A stretch of 64,000 nucleotides of DNA. It comes from an uncultured Bacilli bacterium. GTDB taxonomy: Bacteria > Bacillota_I > Bacilli_A > RF39 > UBA660. Each line of letters opens with the position of its first letter. Positions within the stretch are counted from its first letter, which is position 1. The stretch covers positions 6,344 through 70,343 of the forward strand of contig CAKOXP010000007.1 of the NCBI GenBank assembly GCA_934130175.1, written 5' to 3'. Below are positions 56,681-64,000 of this stretch, in pieces. The position numbers were made by a program, and so were the translations under genes. A model generated the notes under the pieces. The model made no database searches. It saw only the letters and a list, made by a program, of their open reading frames with translations, and was not told where the DNA came from.

Positions 56681-58804
56681 CTATAGATGAGTTACACGAG
56701 CTTTAATTTCTTTTGTTTTTCCAACATTCCAGAAATTTTCACCTAAATATCCACAAGTACGTCTTGCGACATTCATTTTATTTTTATCTTTATTTCCACA
56801 TTCTGGGCATTCCCATTCTAAATCATCATTTATTTTAATCTCACCAGTATAACCGCATACATGGCAATAATCAGATTTTGTATTAAATTCAGCATATTGA
56901 ATATTATCGTAAATAAATTTAACAATTTCTTCCATAGCTTTTAAGTTTTTCTCCATATTTGGAACTTCAACATATGAAATACATCCACCAGAAGAGATAG
57001 GTTGGAATTGACTTTCAAATTTAAACTTAGAAAAAGCATCAATTTTTTGTCTAACATCAACATGATAACTATTTGTATAATAACCTTTATCTGTTACGTT
57101 TTTAATAGTTCCAAATCTTTCCTTATCAATTCTTGCAAAACGATAACATAAGCTTTCAGCTGGTGTTCCATATAAAGCAAATCCAAGTCCAGTTTCTTTT
57201 TTCCATTCATCGCATTTTTCTCTCATATGCTTCATAACAGCAAGAGCAAATTTTTCTCCTTCTGGATCTGTTTGAGGTACACCTTTCATTAACATTGTTA
57301 ATTCATAGATTCCAATATATCCTAAAGATAAAGTTGAATATCCACCTTTTAAGTATTTATCAATTTTTTCACCCTTAGCAAGACGTGCAATCGCACCATA
57401 TTGCCAGTGAATTGGTGAAGTATCACTTAGTGTTCCAAGTAAAGCCTCATGTCTACACATTAATGCTTCACGACATAATTCTAGTCTTTCATCAAATAAT
57501 TTCCAGAATTTTTCTTCATCTTTTTCTGCTAAAATACCAATTTGAGGTAAGTTAATAGAAACAACACCTTGATTAAATCTTCCTTCAAATTTATAATTTC
57601 CGTCTTTATCTTTCCAAGGAGATAAGAAACTTCTACATCCCATAGGACCGAAAACATTTCCTTCATAATTTTTACGCATTTCTTTAGCACTAATATAATC
57701 AGGATACATTCTTTTTGCTGAACATTTAACAGCAAGTTTTGTTAAATAATCATATTTTCCACCTTTTAGACAGTTATTTTCATCTAAAACATAAACAAGT
57801 TTAGGAAAGGCTGGAGTTACATATACACCCTTTTCATTTTTAATTCCTTCGTATCTTTGACGAATAACTTCTTCAAATACTAAAGCATTTTCTTCGATAT
57901 ATGGATCGCCATCTCTTAAATACATAAATAATGTTACAAACGGAGATTGTCCATTAGTAGTCATTAATGTGTTTATTTGATATTGAATTGTTTGAACACC
58001 TGCTTTTACTTCATCTTTTAAACGTTCCATTGCCAACTGTTCAATGAATTCTTTATCTAAATCTTTATGGTTTTTCTTGATATTTTTAATGAATTTATCT
58101 TTACTTTTTCTAACATATTTTCCTAAATGAGAAATATCTACTGATTGTCCTCCATATTGGTTAGACGCTACTGCTGCAATAATTTGAGTCATTACTGTAC
58201 AAGCGACTTGGAAACTCTTAGGAGATTCAATCATCTTTCCATTCATAACTGTACCATTATCTAACATATCTTCAATATTTATTAAACAACAGTTAAATAT
58301 TGGTTGAACAAAATAATCAGCATCATGGAAATGGAAAATCCCTTCATCATGAGCTTTACTAATTTTTTCAGGAAGTAAAATTCTACGAGTTAAATCACGT
58401 GAAACTTCTCCTGCAATATAATCTCTTTGAGTTGATGCTAAAACTGTACTTTTGTTAGAGTTTTCCTCAGCTAACTCTTTATTTGTATTCTTAATTAAAC
58501 TTAAAATTGATTCATCTGTTGTATTACTCTTTCTAACTAAAGCTCTTGTGTATCTATATGTAATATACTCTTTAGCTAAAGCATACTTATCAAGACTCAT
58601 AAGCTTTTGTTCAATGATATCTTGAATATCTTCAACTAACATTCTTCTTTTTTTAAGTCCTTCAATATATTTAACAATATTTTCAATTTGACGTTCTGTT
58701 ACTCTATCATCTTCAGCAACACAATCATTTGCTTTTCTTATAGCAATTCTTACTTTTTCGCGATCAAAGTCTACACTTTTACCATCACGTTTTACTACTT
58801 TCAT
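56681..58804 (-). CDS. nrdD: Anaerobic ribonucleoside-triphosphate reductase (class III)
   Basis: ORF track runs to 58828. The ATG at 58804 (MKVVKRDGKSVDF, ATP-cone start) has SD AGAGAGG 8 nt upstream. C-terminal zinc ribbon CHVCGY...CPECG and glycyl-radical motif RRTCGYLG. Confidence 0.92.
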   Translation of the reverse strand: MKVVKRDGKSVDFDREKVRIAIRKANDCVAEDDRVTERQIENIVKYIEGLKKRRMLVEDIQDIIEQKLMSLDKYALAKEYITYRYTRALVRKSNTTDESILSLIKNTNKELAEENSNKSTVLASTQRDYIAGEVSRDLTRRILLPEKISKAHDEGIFHFHDADYFVQPIFNCCLINIEDMLDNGTVMNGKMIESPKSFQVACTVMTQIIAAVASNQYGGQSVDISHLGKYVRKSKDKFIKNIKKNHKDLDKEFIEQLAMERLKDEVKAGVQTIQYQINTLMTTNGQSPFVTLFMYLRDGDPYIEENALVFEEVIRQRYEGIKNEKGVYVTPAFPKLVYVLDENNCLKGGKYDYLTKLAVKCSAKRMYPDYISAKEMRKNYEGNVFGPMGCRSFLSPWKDKDGNYKFEGRFNQGVVSINLPQIGILAEKDEEKFWKLFDERLELCREALMCRHEALLGTLSDTSPIHWQYGAIARLAKGEKIDKYLKGGYSTLSLGYIGIYELTMLMKGVPQTDPEGEKFALAVMKHMREKCDEWKKETGLGFALYGTPAESLCYRFARIDKERFGTIKNVTDKGYYTNSYHVDVRQKIDAFSKFKFESQFQPISSGGCISYVEVPNMEKNLKAMEEIVKFIYDNIQYAEFNTKSDYCHVCGYTGEIKINDDLEWECPECGNKDKNKMNVARRTCGYLGENFWNVGKTKEIKARVTHL

Positions 58805-58845
58805 ATCATGTACCTCTCTTCCTATCACAAATCAATCATATTTCC

Positions 58846-58892
58846 ATTTTAAAAAAAATACTGTTGCAATTGCAACAATTTTACATTATAAT
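58846..58892. promoter_or_regulatory. Overlapping divergent promoters for nrdD (minus) and the Crp/Fnr gene (plus)
   Basis: Plus strand: TTGCAA (58864..58869), 17 nt, TATAAT (58887..58892). Minus strand: TTGCAA (58875..58870), 18 nt, TAAAAT (58851..58846). Confidence 0.5.
58862..58877. promoter_or_regulatory. Perfect 16-bp palindrome TGTTGCAATTGCAACA (CRP/FNR-like TGTnn-N6-nnACA geometry)
   Basis: Read directly. It occurs only once in the window and covers both -35 hexamers of the divergent promoters. Confidence 0.6.
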
Positions 58893-58920
58893 TTTATTAA
58901 GAATTTTTGAGGTGATTTAG

Positions 58921-59556
58921 ATGGTTGAAAAATCGAGGTTTTATAAAAATACAGATGAAAAAAAATTAAAAAAATTATTAATTAGTTTACAGTCAAATAC
59001 ACTTTTTTACAAATCAAATCAGACAATTGCCTATTCAATAGGAAATAGAAAAATCATTGGAATTATAGAAGAAGGTTCTGCAAATCTTGTTAGATATGAT
59101 TATGATGGTAAAAGAGATATTATTGAAGAAATGAATGAAGGAGATATTTTTTCTGATTTATTTTTATCAACAAGCAATGTTGAATTATCAGTTATATCAA
59201 CAACTGATTGTAAAGTTACTTTTATTGAATATGATGACTTAATTGAAGAAGCTAAAAAATCTGATACTGCCCTAGTATTAGTTGACAATTTAATTCGTCT
59301 AATGGCTAATAAACTTGTAAAAAGGAATGAGAGAATTGAGCTTTTAACAACCAGAAGTATTAGAAATAAACTTTTAAATTACTTTGAACTACAAGCTAAA
59401 AAAAATAATTCTAAATCATTTAACTTAATGTATTCATACACTGATTTAGCTGATTATTTATCAGTAGACAGAAGTGCCATGATGCGAGAGTTGAAAAACT
59501 TAAAAGAAGATAAACTAATAACTGACACAAATAAAAAGATAACTATCCTCTACTAA
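58921..59556 (+). CDS. Crp/Fnr family transcriptional regulator
   Basis: 211 aa. N-terminal cNMP-binding-like beta-roll and a C-terminal HTH (YSYTDLADYLSVDRSAMMRELKNLKEDKLI). SD GAGGTGA. Confidence 0.8.
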   Translation: MVEKSRFYKNTDEKKLKKLLISLQSNTLFYKSNQTIAYSIGNRKIIGIIEEGSANLVRYDYDGKRDIIEEMNEGDIFSDLFLSTSNVELSVISTTDCKVTFIEYDDLIEEAKKSDTALVLVDNLIRLMANKLVKRNERIELLTTRSIRNKLLNYFELQAKKNNSKSFNLMYSYTDLADYLSVDRSAMMRELKNLKEDKLITDTNKKITILY

Positions 59557-59572
59557 TAGTTATCTTTTATTT
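59536..59572. terminator. Bidirectional terminator between convergent crp-like and tex genes
   Basis: 10-bp stem AAGATAACTA/TAGTTATCTT with an 11-nt loop. T-runs on both strands. Confidence 0.7.
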
Positions 59573-61724
59573 ATCTTGGAAGTAAGCTTAAACTAACCTT
59601 TTCTTTATCAAGAGCAATATCATCAACATAACAATCTACAATATCACCTACACTAAATAAATCTGAAGGATGCTTAATATATTCTTTACTTAGTTTGGAA
59701 ATATGAGCAAGACCATCATTATGTAATCCAATATCTATAAAAAGTCCAAAGTCAACTACGTTTCTAACCGTTCCTTGTAACTTCATACCAACTGATAAAT
59801 CTTTAATATCTAAAACATCACTTTTTAGTAATGGTTGAGGCATTTCATCTCTTGGATCTAGATTTGGTTTTTTTAGTGATGCAACTACATCTTCTAAAGT
59901 ATAGATATCTGTATTAAGTATATCTACATATTTTTCTAAATTAGTATTATCTAGTTTTTCAATTAGTTCAGGACTACCTATATTTTTTTCATCCATGTCT
60001 AATTCTTTTAATAATTTCAAAGCTACATCATAACTTTCAGGATGGATTGCAGTAGAATCTAAAATATTATCTCCGTCTACAACTCTTAAAAATCCTATAG
60101 CTTGAAGATAAGCTTTATCTGTTAAGATTTTCTTCTTTTTGATTTCTTCACGAGAATTAATCTTGCCATATTTTTCACGATACTCAATTATCTTTTCAAT
60201 AGCTTTTTTAGTTATTCCTGATACATATTTTAAAAGTGATGCTGAAGCTGTATTGATATTTACTCCTACTGAGTTAACACATTTTTCAACAACAAAGTCA
60301 AGTGAAGTAGAAAGTTTTTTATTACTAACATCATGTTGATAAAGTCCTACTCCAATACCATCTGGTGGTATTTTTACAAGTTCAGCAAGGGGATCTTGTA
60401 ACCTTCTTCCAATACTTACGGCACTTCTTTTTTCAACAGCTAAATCAGGAAATTCTTCTATTGCTATAGGAGATGCTGAATAAATTGATGCTCCTGCTTC
60501 TGAAACTATTACATATTTACAGTTCAAATTATATTCTTTAATCATATCAGCACAAAATTTTTCTGATTCACGTGAAGCTGTTCCATTACCTATCGCGATA
60601 ATATCAACATTATATTTCTTAATTAAAGCAACAACAACTTCTTTAGAAAGCTTTATTCTTTTTTCTTCATCACCTTTTAAGAAAGGTTTAATAACAGTAG
60701 AATCTAAATATTTTCCAAACTTATCAACAACAGCTAATTTACAACCATTAACAAAACCTGGATCGAATGCTAAAACTACTCTTTCTTTCATAGGTGGAGT
60801 TAAAAGTAATGCCTCTAAGTTTTTACCAAAGTTTTCAATAGCTGCTTCTTCTCCTTTTTCAGTTAACTCACTTCTTATTTCTCTTTCAATAGATGGTTCT
60901 ATTAATCTTTTATAAGAATCTTCTATTGCACTTTTTATATACTTAGTAACAAAACTTTTATCATTTTTTATAATTTTCTTTTCTAAATAGGAAATAACTT
61001 CATCTTTGTTAACATCTATCGAAACAGTTAATATTTTTTCAGATTCTCCTCTGTTTAGAGCAAGTATTCGATGTGGTTTTATATATTTAACTGGTTCATT
61101 ATAGTTATAATACATCTCATATATTTTAGCCTCATCTAAAGCATTCCTTTTTAAAGTTGATGAAATAATTCCATTTTTATAAAAGTAATTTCTTATATAT
61201 TTCCTGTAGTATGCATTATCACTTATCCATTCTGCAATAATATATCCTGCCCCTTCAATGCACTTATCTAAGTCTAAATCATCTTTTACAAACTTAGATG
61301 CTAATTCTTCAATTGTTCCATTAGTTGGAAAACTCATCATCATTTTAGCAAGAGGCTCTAATCCATTCTTAATAGCCTCTGTTGCTTTAGTCTTTTTCTT
61401 TTCTTTATATGGTCTATATAAATCTTCTACTTCTACTAGTTTTGAACAATTTAAAATACTAAGCTTTAACTCATCTGTTAAAAGACCTTTCTCATCAATA
61501 AGTCTTATGACATCTTCTTTTCTTTTTAATAAATTATTTTGATATTCATAAACTTCATTTATTTTACGAATCATTTCTTCATCTAATGCACCTGTTGCTT
61601 CTTTTCTATATCTTGCGATAAAAGGAACAGTATTACCTTCACTTAATAAACTTAGAACTGTAGTAACTTGTTTTTCACTTATTTCTAAATCTTTACTAAT
61701 CTCTTTTATAATCATTTCGTTCAT
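59571..61724 (-). CDS. tex: Tex-like transcription accessory protein (S1 RNA-binding domain protein)
   Basis: ORF track runs to 61766. The ATG at 61724 has SD GAGGTG 7 nt upstream. Motifs TVPFIARYRKE and YqgF-like FDPGFVNGCKLAVVD, plus a C-terminal S1 domain GTVRNVVDFGLFIDIG. Confidence 0.88.
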   Translation of the reverse strand: MNEMIIKEISKDLEISEKQVTTVLSLLSEGNTVPFIARYRKEATGALDEEMIRKINEVYEYQNNLLKRKEDVIRLIDEKGLLTDELKLSILNCSKLVEVEDLYRPYKEKKKTKATEAIKNGLEPLAKMMMSFPTNGTIEELASKFVKDDLDLDKCIEGAGYIIAEWISDNAYYRKYIRNYFYKNGIISSTLKRNALDEAKIYEMYYNYNEPVKYIKPHRILALNRGESEKILTVSIDVNKDEVISYLEKKIIKNDKSFVTKYIKSAIEDSYKRLIEPSIEREIRSELTEKGEEAAIENFGKNLEALLLTPPMKERVVLAFDPGFVNGCKLAVVDKFGKYLDSTVIKPFLKGDEEKRIKLSKEVVVALIKKYNVDIIAIGNGTASRESEKFCADMIKEYNLNCKYVIVSEAGASIYSASPIAIEEFPDLAVEKRSAVSIGRRLQDPLAELVKIPPDGIGVGLYQHDVSNKKLSTSLDFVVEKCVNSVGVNINTASASLLKYVSGITKKAIEKIIEYREKYGKINSREEIKKKKILTDKAYLQAIGFLRVVDGDNILDSTAIHPESYDVALKLLKELDMDEKNIGSPELIEKLDNTNLEKYVDILNTDIYTLEDVVASLKKPNLDPRDEMPQPLLKSDVLDIKDLSVGMKLQGTVRNVVDFGLFIDIGLHNDGLAHISKLSKEYIKHPSDLFSVGDIVDCYVDDIALDKEKVSLSLLPR

Positions 61725-61784
61725 CTTAATACACCTCGATATTATCATAACAAAATAAAAAGCCAATTTAAAGTATTGACTTTT

Positions 61785-62105
61785 TTAGATTTGTCCATTT
61801 TTCCTTAATGATTTTACCATTTTATGAACATCTTCTTGATTAGAATGATTATTTATCTTTTTTAATCCTAAAGAATTATAATAATCGGATAGTGGTTTTA
61901 CTGTTCCTTCATATATACGGTCGTAGCCAATTTTTTGTTCTTCACTGTAGCTCATATCACTATCTAAATCTATATATTTAGTTACATGTCCTACTATTTC
62001 TTTCTTACAAATTCTTGATCTTAGTATAATAGCTTCTTCTAATTTTTCTCCAATTACCATAGTTGGTACAATAGCATCAATAACATAAAGATTTTTAATA
62101 TTCAT
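61785..62105 (-). CDS. Hypothetical protein (106 aa)
   Basis: ORF between trxB and tex. No motif recognised. Confidence 0.5.
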   Translation of the reverse strand: MNIKNLYVIDAIVPTMVIGEKLEEAIILRSRICKKEIVGHVTKYIDLDSDMSYSEEQKIGYDRIYEGTVKPLSDYYNSLGLKKINNHSNQEDVHKMVKSLRKNGQI

Positions 62106-62158
62106 ATTTTCACTTCTTTCTTTTAAGAATTTTAAAGTACTTGTTATATCTTGTCAAC

Positions 62159-63061
62159 CTATTTATTTCTATTTATATACTTAATTGCCTCTATTGATGC
62201 AATTGCTCCATCTGAGGCTGCAGTAACTAATTGTCTTAGACTTTTCTTTCTAATATCACCAGCTGCATAAATACCATCAATATTAGTATGGCAATTGTTA
62301 TCTGTTATAATATAACCCGTATCAGATACATCAATTAAGTCTTTAAAAATAGATGCTCCAGGAGTCTTTCCAATTGCAACAAATAAACCATTAACTTCTA
62401 TATTTTTTACCTTTTTAGTATCTTTATTAGTAATATCAACACTATCTAAATGATTTTCTCCATATAGTTTTGTAACATTTGAATTATAAATTATTTCAAT
62501 ATTATCTAATGATTTAACCTTATCTGTTAGATTAACATCTTTTCTTAATTCGTTCCTCCTATAAACCAAATATACTTTTTTACAGATATTAGCTAGGTAA
62601 ATGGCATCTTCAATAGCTGTTGCCCCTCCACCTGCTACCATCACAATCTTATCTTTAAAGAATGCTCCATCACATGTTGCACAATAACTGATTCCTTTTC
62701 CTATTAAATCATCTTCCCTATCTAAATTTAATTTTCTTGGAACAAGACCTGTTGCGATTATGATAGTTTTTGCCTTATATGTATTTTTTCTTGTTATAAC
62801 TTCTTTAGTTTTAGTTAATTTTATTACTTCTTCATATTTAATTTCTCCACCAAGGCATTTTACTTGTTCATAAATATTAGTCATTAAATCAAATCCAGAT
62901 ATATTTCTAAAACCTGGATAATTATTTATAAGGTTAGAATTTGTTATTTGTCCACCATAACTTTGACTTTCTAGTATTAAAATATTTCTTTTATTATTTA
63001 GTGCATATATAGCACTAGTAAGGCCTGCTATTCCTGAACCTATTATAATAATATCATACAT
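62159..63061 (-). CDS. trxB: Thioredoxin-disulfide reductase
   Basis: 300 aa. FAD motif IIIIGSGIAGLT, redox CATCDGAFF, second dinucleotide motif VAGGGATAIEDA, and GIYAAGD. Confidence 0.88.
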   Translation of the reverse strand: MYDIIIIGSGIAGLTSAIYALNNKRNILILESQSYGGQITNSNLINNYPGFRNISGFDLMTNIYEQVKCLGGEIKYEEVIKLTKTKEVITRKNTYKAKTIIIATGLVPRKLNLDREDDLIGKGISYCATCDGAFFKDKIVMVAGGGATAIEDAIYLANICKKVYLVYRRNELRKDVNLTDKVKSLDNIEIIYNSNVTKLYGENHLDSVDITNKDTKKVKNIEVNGLFVAIGKTPGASIFKDLIDVSDTGYIITDNNCHTNIDGIYAAGDIRKKSLRQLVTAASDGAIASIEAIKYINRNK

Positions 63062-63372
63062 TAATCTTTCAAAAACTCCTTTACTTCATCTAGACTATGA
63101 AAACCTAAAGTTTTCTTTTTTTCTACTCCATTTTCAAAAACAATCAAAGTTGGTATAGACATTACTCCATATTTTCTAGATACTTCAGGACAATCATCTA
63201 CATTTACTTTTACAAATTCATATTCATCATTTTCTTTAGCAATCTCTTCTATAATTGGTGATAACATTCTACAAGGTCCACACCAATCAGCATAGAAATC
63301 TACCAATACTTTTTTACTATTTTTTAATACTTTTTCTTCAAATTCTTCTTCTTTTATTCTTATTATATCCAT
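63061..63372 (-). CDS. trxA: Thioredoxin
   Basis: 103 aa. WCGPC active site and VMSIPTLIVF. SD GAGGAGAG. One-base overlap with trxB. Confidence 0.9.
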   Translation of the reverse strand: MDIIRIKEEEFEEKVLKNSKKVLVDFYADWCGPCRMLSPIIEEIAKENDEYEFVKVNVDDCPEVSRKYGVMSIPTLIVFENGVEKKKTLGFHSLDEVKEFLKD

Positions 63373-63451
63373 AATAATCTCTCCTCTTCTTTCTAATTAT
63401 ATCATATTCATAATTTAAACAAAAATTTTTAAAAAAATTTATCGTTTTTTG

Positions 63452-63480
63452 TTGACAAATTAGACTCTTTCGGTTAGTAT
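63452..63480 (+). promoter_or_regulatory. Candidate sigma-A promoter of the small RNA (TTGACA, 17 nt, TAGTAT)
   Basis: Perfect -35 at 63452..63457 and a -10-like TAGTAT at 63475..63480. Back-to-back with the trxA promoter region. Confidence 0.5.
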
Positions 63481-63487
63481 ATAAATC

Positions 63488-63589
63488 ACCAATTCGGCAT
63501 TAGGCGAATTGGTCGCTAGTATCACACTAGCCAACCCCTTTTTATTCTTTTTGGAGACTGCCCTCAGGGGGTGCAGTCTCTTATTTTTT
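63488..63589 (+). ncRNA. Candidate free-standing small RNA of about 100 nt, unassigned family
   Basis: Own promoter. Two internal hairpins (CCAATTCG/CGAATTGG at 63489..63512; GCTAGT/ACTAGC at 63515..63531). Unpaired CCAACCCC. GC-rich terminator GAGACTGC...GCAGTCTC followed by TTATTTTTT. No ATG or RBS and no plus-strand gene downstream. Confidence 0.5.
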
Positions 63590-63597
63590 GTTATTAA

Positions 63598-63623
63598 AAG
63601 CTCTAGTTTCAAACCTAGAGCTT
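63598..63623. terminator. Hairpin terminator of the minus-strand gene 63628..64000
   Basis: 9-bp stem AAGCTCTAG/CTAGAGCTT. T-rich on both sides. Confidence 0.6.
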
Positions 63624-63627
63624 GTTT

Positions 63628-64000
63628 TTATTTATTAATAATATACTTTATATGAGAGGCATTTGATAGATCCACATCTGTTGATACTACTAATTGTTTC
63701 ATGTCTTTATTATCTATGCTTTCTCCTATATATCCTCTTACTGTTGTTATTTTATTATAATTTTCATCTTGAAACTCTACATCTATTGTTTTTAAATTAT
63801 AACTTTCTTCTAATTGATTATATACTACTACTGTTAATTTATTATTTTCTAACTTTGTCTTCATAAACTTTAAGTTATCTACTACTTGATCTGAGAGTAA
63901 TGTTGTTGTATCCATTGCTTTTGATGTTGTAAATTTGTAAAGAAGAACTGAACCTATTATTACTATTATTATCGCTATAAAACTTACTAAATACTTTTTC
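63628..64000 (-). CDS. Membrane-anchored hypothetical protein, C-terminal part (frame continues beyond the right edge)
   Basis: ORF track starts at the Met at 63915, but the frame stays open upstream to base 64000. The upstream part encodes ...KKYLVSFIAIIIVIIGSVLLYKFTTSKA, an N-terminal TM helix. Confidence 0.55.
   Translation of the reverse strand, partial: KKYLVSFIAIIIVIIGSVLLYKFTTSKAMDTTTLLSDQVVDNLKFMKTKLENNKLTVVVYNQLEESYNLKTIDVEFQDENYNKITTVRGYIGESIDNKDMKQLVVSTDVDLSNASHIKYIINK

Noticed and set aside
58829-58861. NrdR boxes upstream of nrdD.
   Set aside because: I could find no pair of palindromes resembling the NrdR consensus (acaCwAtATaTwGtgt) in the short leader. Only the single TGTTGCAATTGCAACA palindrome is present, and its sequence differs from that consensus.
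1970-63866. Many short ORFs in the supplied track lie antisense to or inside long genes. These are 1970..2173, 5092..5277, 7520..7783, 8510..8692, 13710..13979, 14170..14370, 19766..19948, 20042..20296, 27128..27328, 28401..28631, 29276..29476, 34373..34681, 37115..37366, 37889..38176, 41369..41563, 44439..44681, 50964..51215, 53466..53654, 57529..57735, 59100..59288, 60139..60339, 61258..61542 and 63663..63866.
   Set aside because: Each overlaps a much longer ORF that has recognisable motifs or a good RBS. Their products are low-complexity F/I/L/S/K-rich strings, as expected from the reverse frames of AT-rich coding DNA. None has a convincing Shine-Dalgarno sequence.
1-64000. Scan for tRNA, rRNA, tmRNA, RNase P, CRISPR repeats, integrases, restriction-modification genes or other canonical defence genes.
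   Set aside because: I could recognise none by eye. The only GC-rich structured non-coding patch is the sRNA candidate at 63488..63589. No regularly spaced direct repeats exist outside the muramidase gene.

Overview
Strongly AT-rich chromosomal segment from a low-GC, anaerobic, apparently spore-forming Firmicute (Clostridia or Erysipelotrichia-like; I cannot assign it further from sequence alone). It holds about 60 protein genes, nearly all on the minus strand. I could recognise no rRNA, tRNA, CRISPR array, prophage or intact mobile element. TGA is used as a stop codon (ATGA overlap at 40668..40671), so the code is standard code 11. Layout: (1) 1-6.2 kb: trmL, a long U32-family protein and small membrane proteins. 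(2) 6.2-33 kb: a roughly 27-kb cell-wall glycopolymer locus. It contains rfbA-C-D-B for dTDP-rhamnose, a TagG/TagH-like ABC exporter, many GT2 enzymes, three GtrB-type polyprenol-P-sugar synthases, two GtrA domains, four large polytopic membrane proteins, an AT3 acyltransferase, an SGNH hydrolase and an embedded GH25 muramidase with near-identical 186-bp tandem repeats. (3) 33-44.5 kb: an accessory-looking surface and signalling block. It contains a kinase-less six-PASTA membrane protein, a BclA-like collagen-repeat protein, a DUF1292 operon, a RelQ-type alarmone synthetase cotranscribed with a GRDEF-variant GGDEF protein, a GH5 lipoprotein coupled to adenosine deaminase, and a TasA-like secreted protein. 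(4) 44.5-64 kb: housekeeping stress and redox genes. These are an N-domain-less clpB under CIRCE control, a Fur-family regulator with rubrerythrin and a perfect 7-1-7 box, an orphan pilin, a SpoVID/YsxE-like coat pair, lon, tig, an IS91-family remnant, nrdD-nrdG-dut, a divergent Crp/Fnr regulator, tex and trxB-trxA, plus a free-standing candidate small RNA. I found no canonical defence system. The leads I rank highest are the alarmone-synthetase/GRDEF operon, the multi-module glycopolymer decoration locus with its repeat-bearing muramidase, the CIRCE-embedded promoter of a short ClpB, the orphan C-rich sRNA beside the thioredoxin genes, and the kinase-less PASTA protein next to the collagen-like gene. 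All functional calls rest on motifs read by eye. No database search was run.
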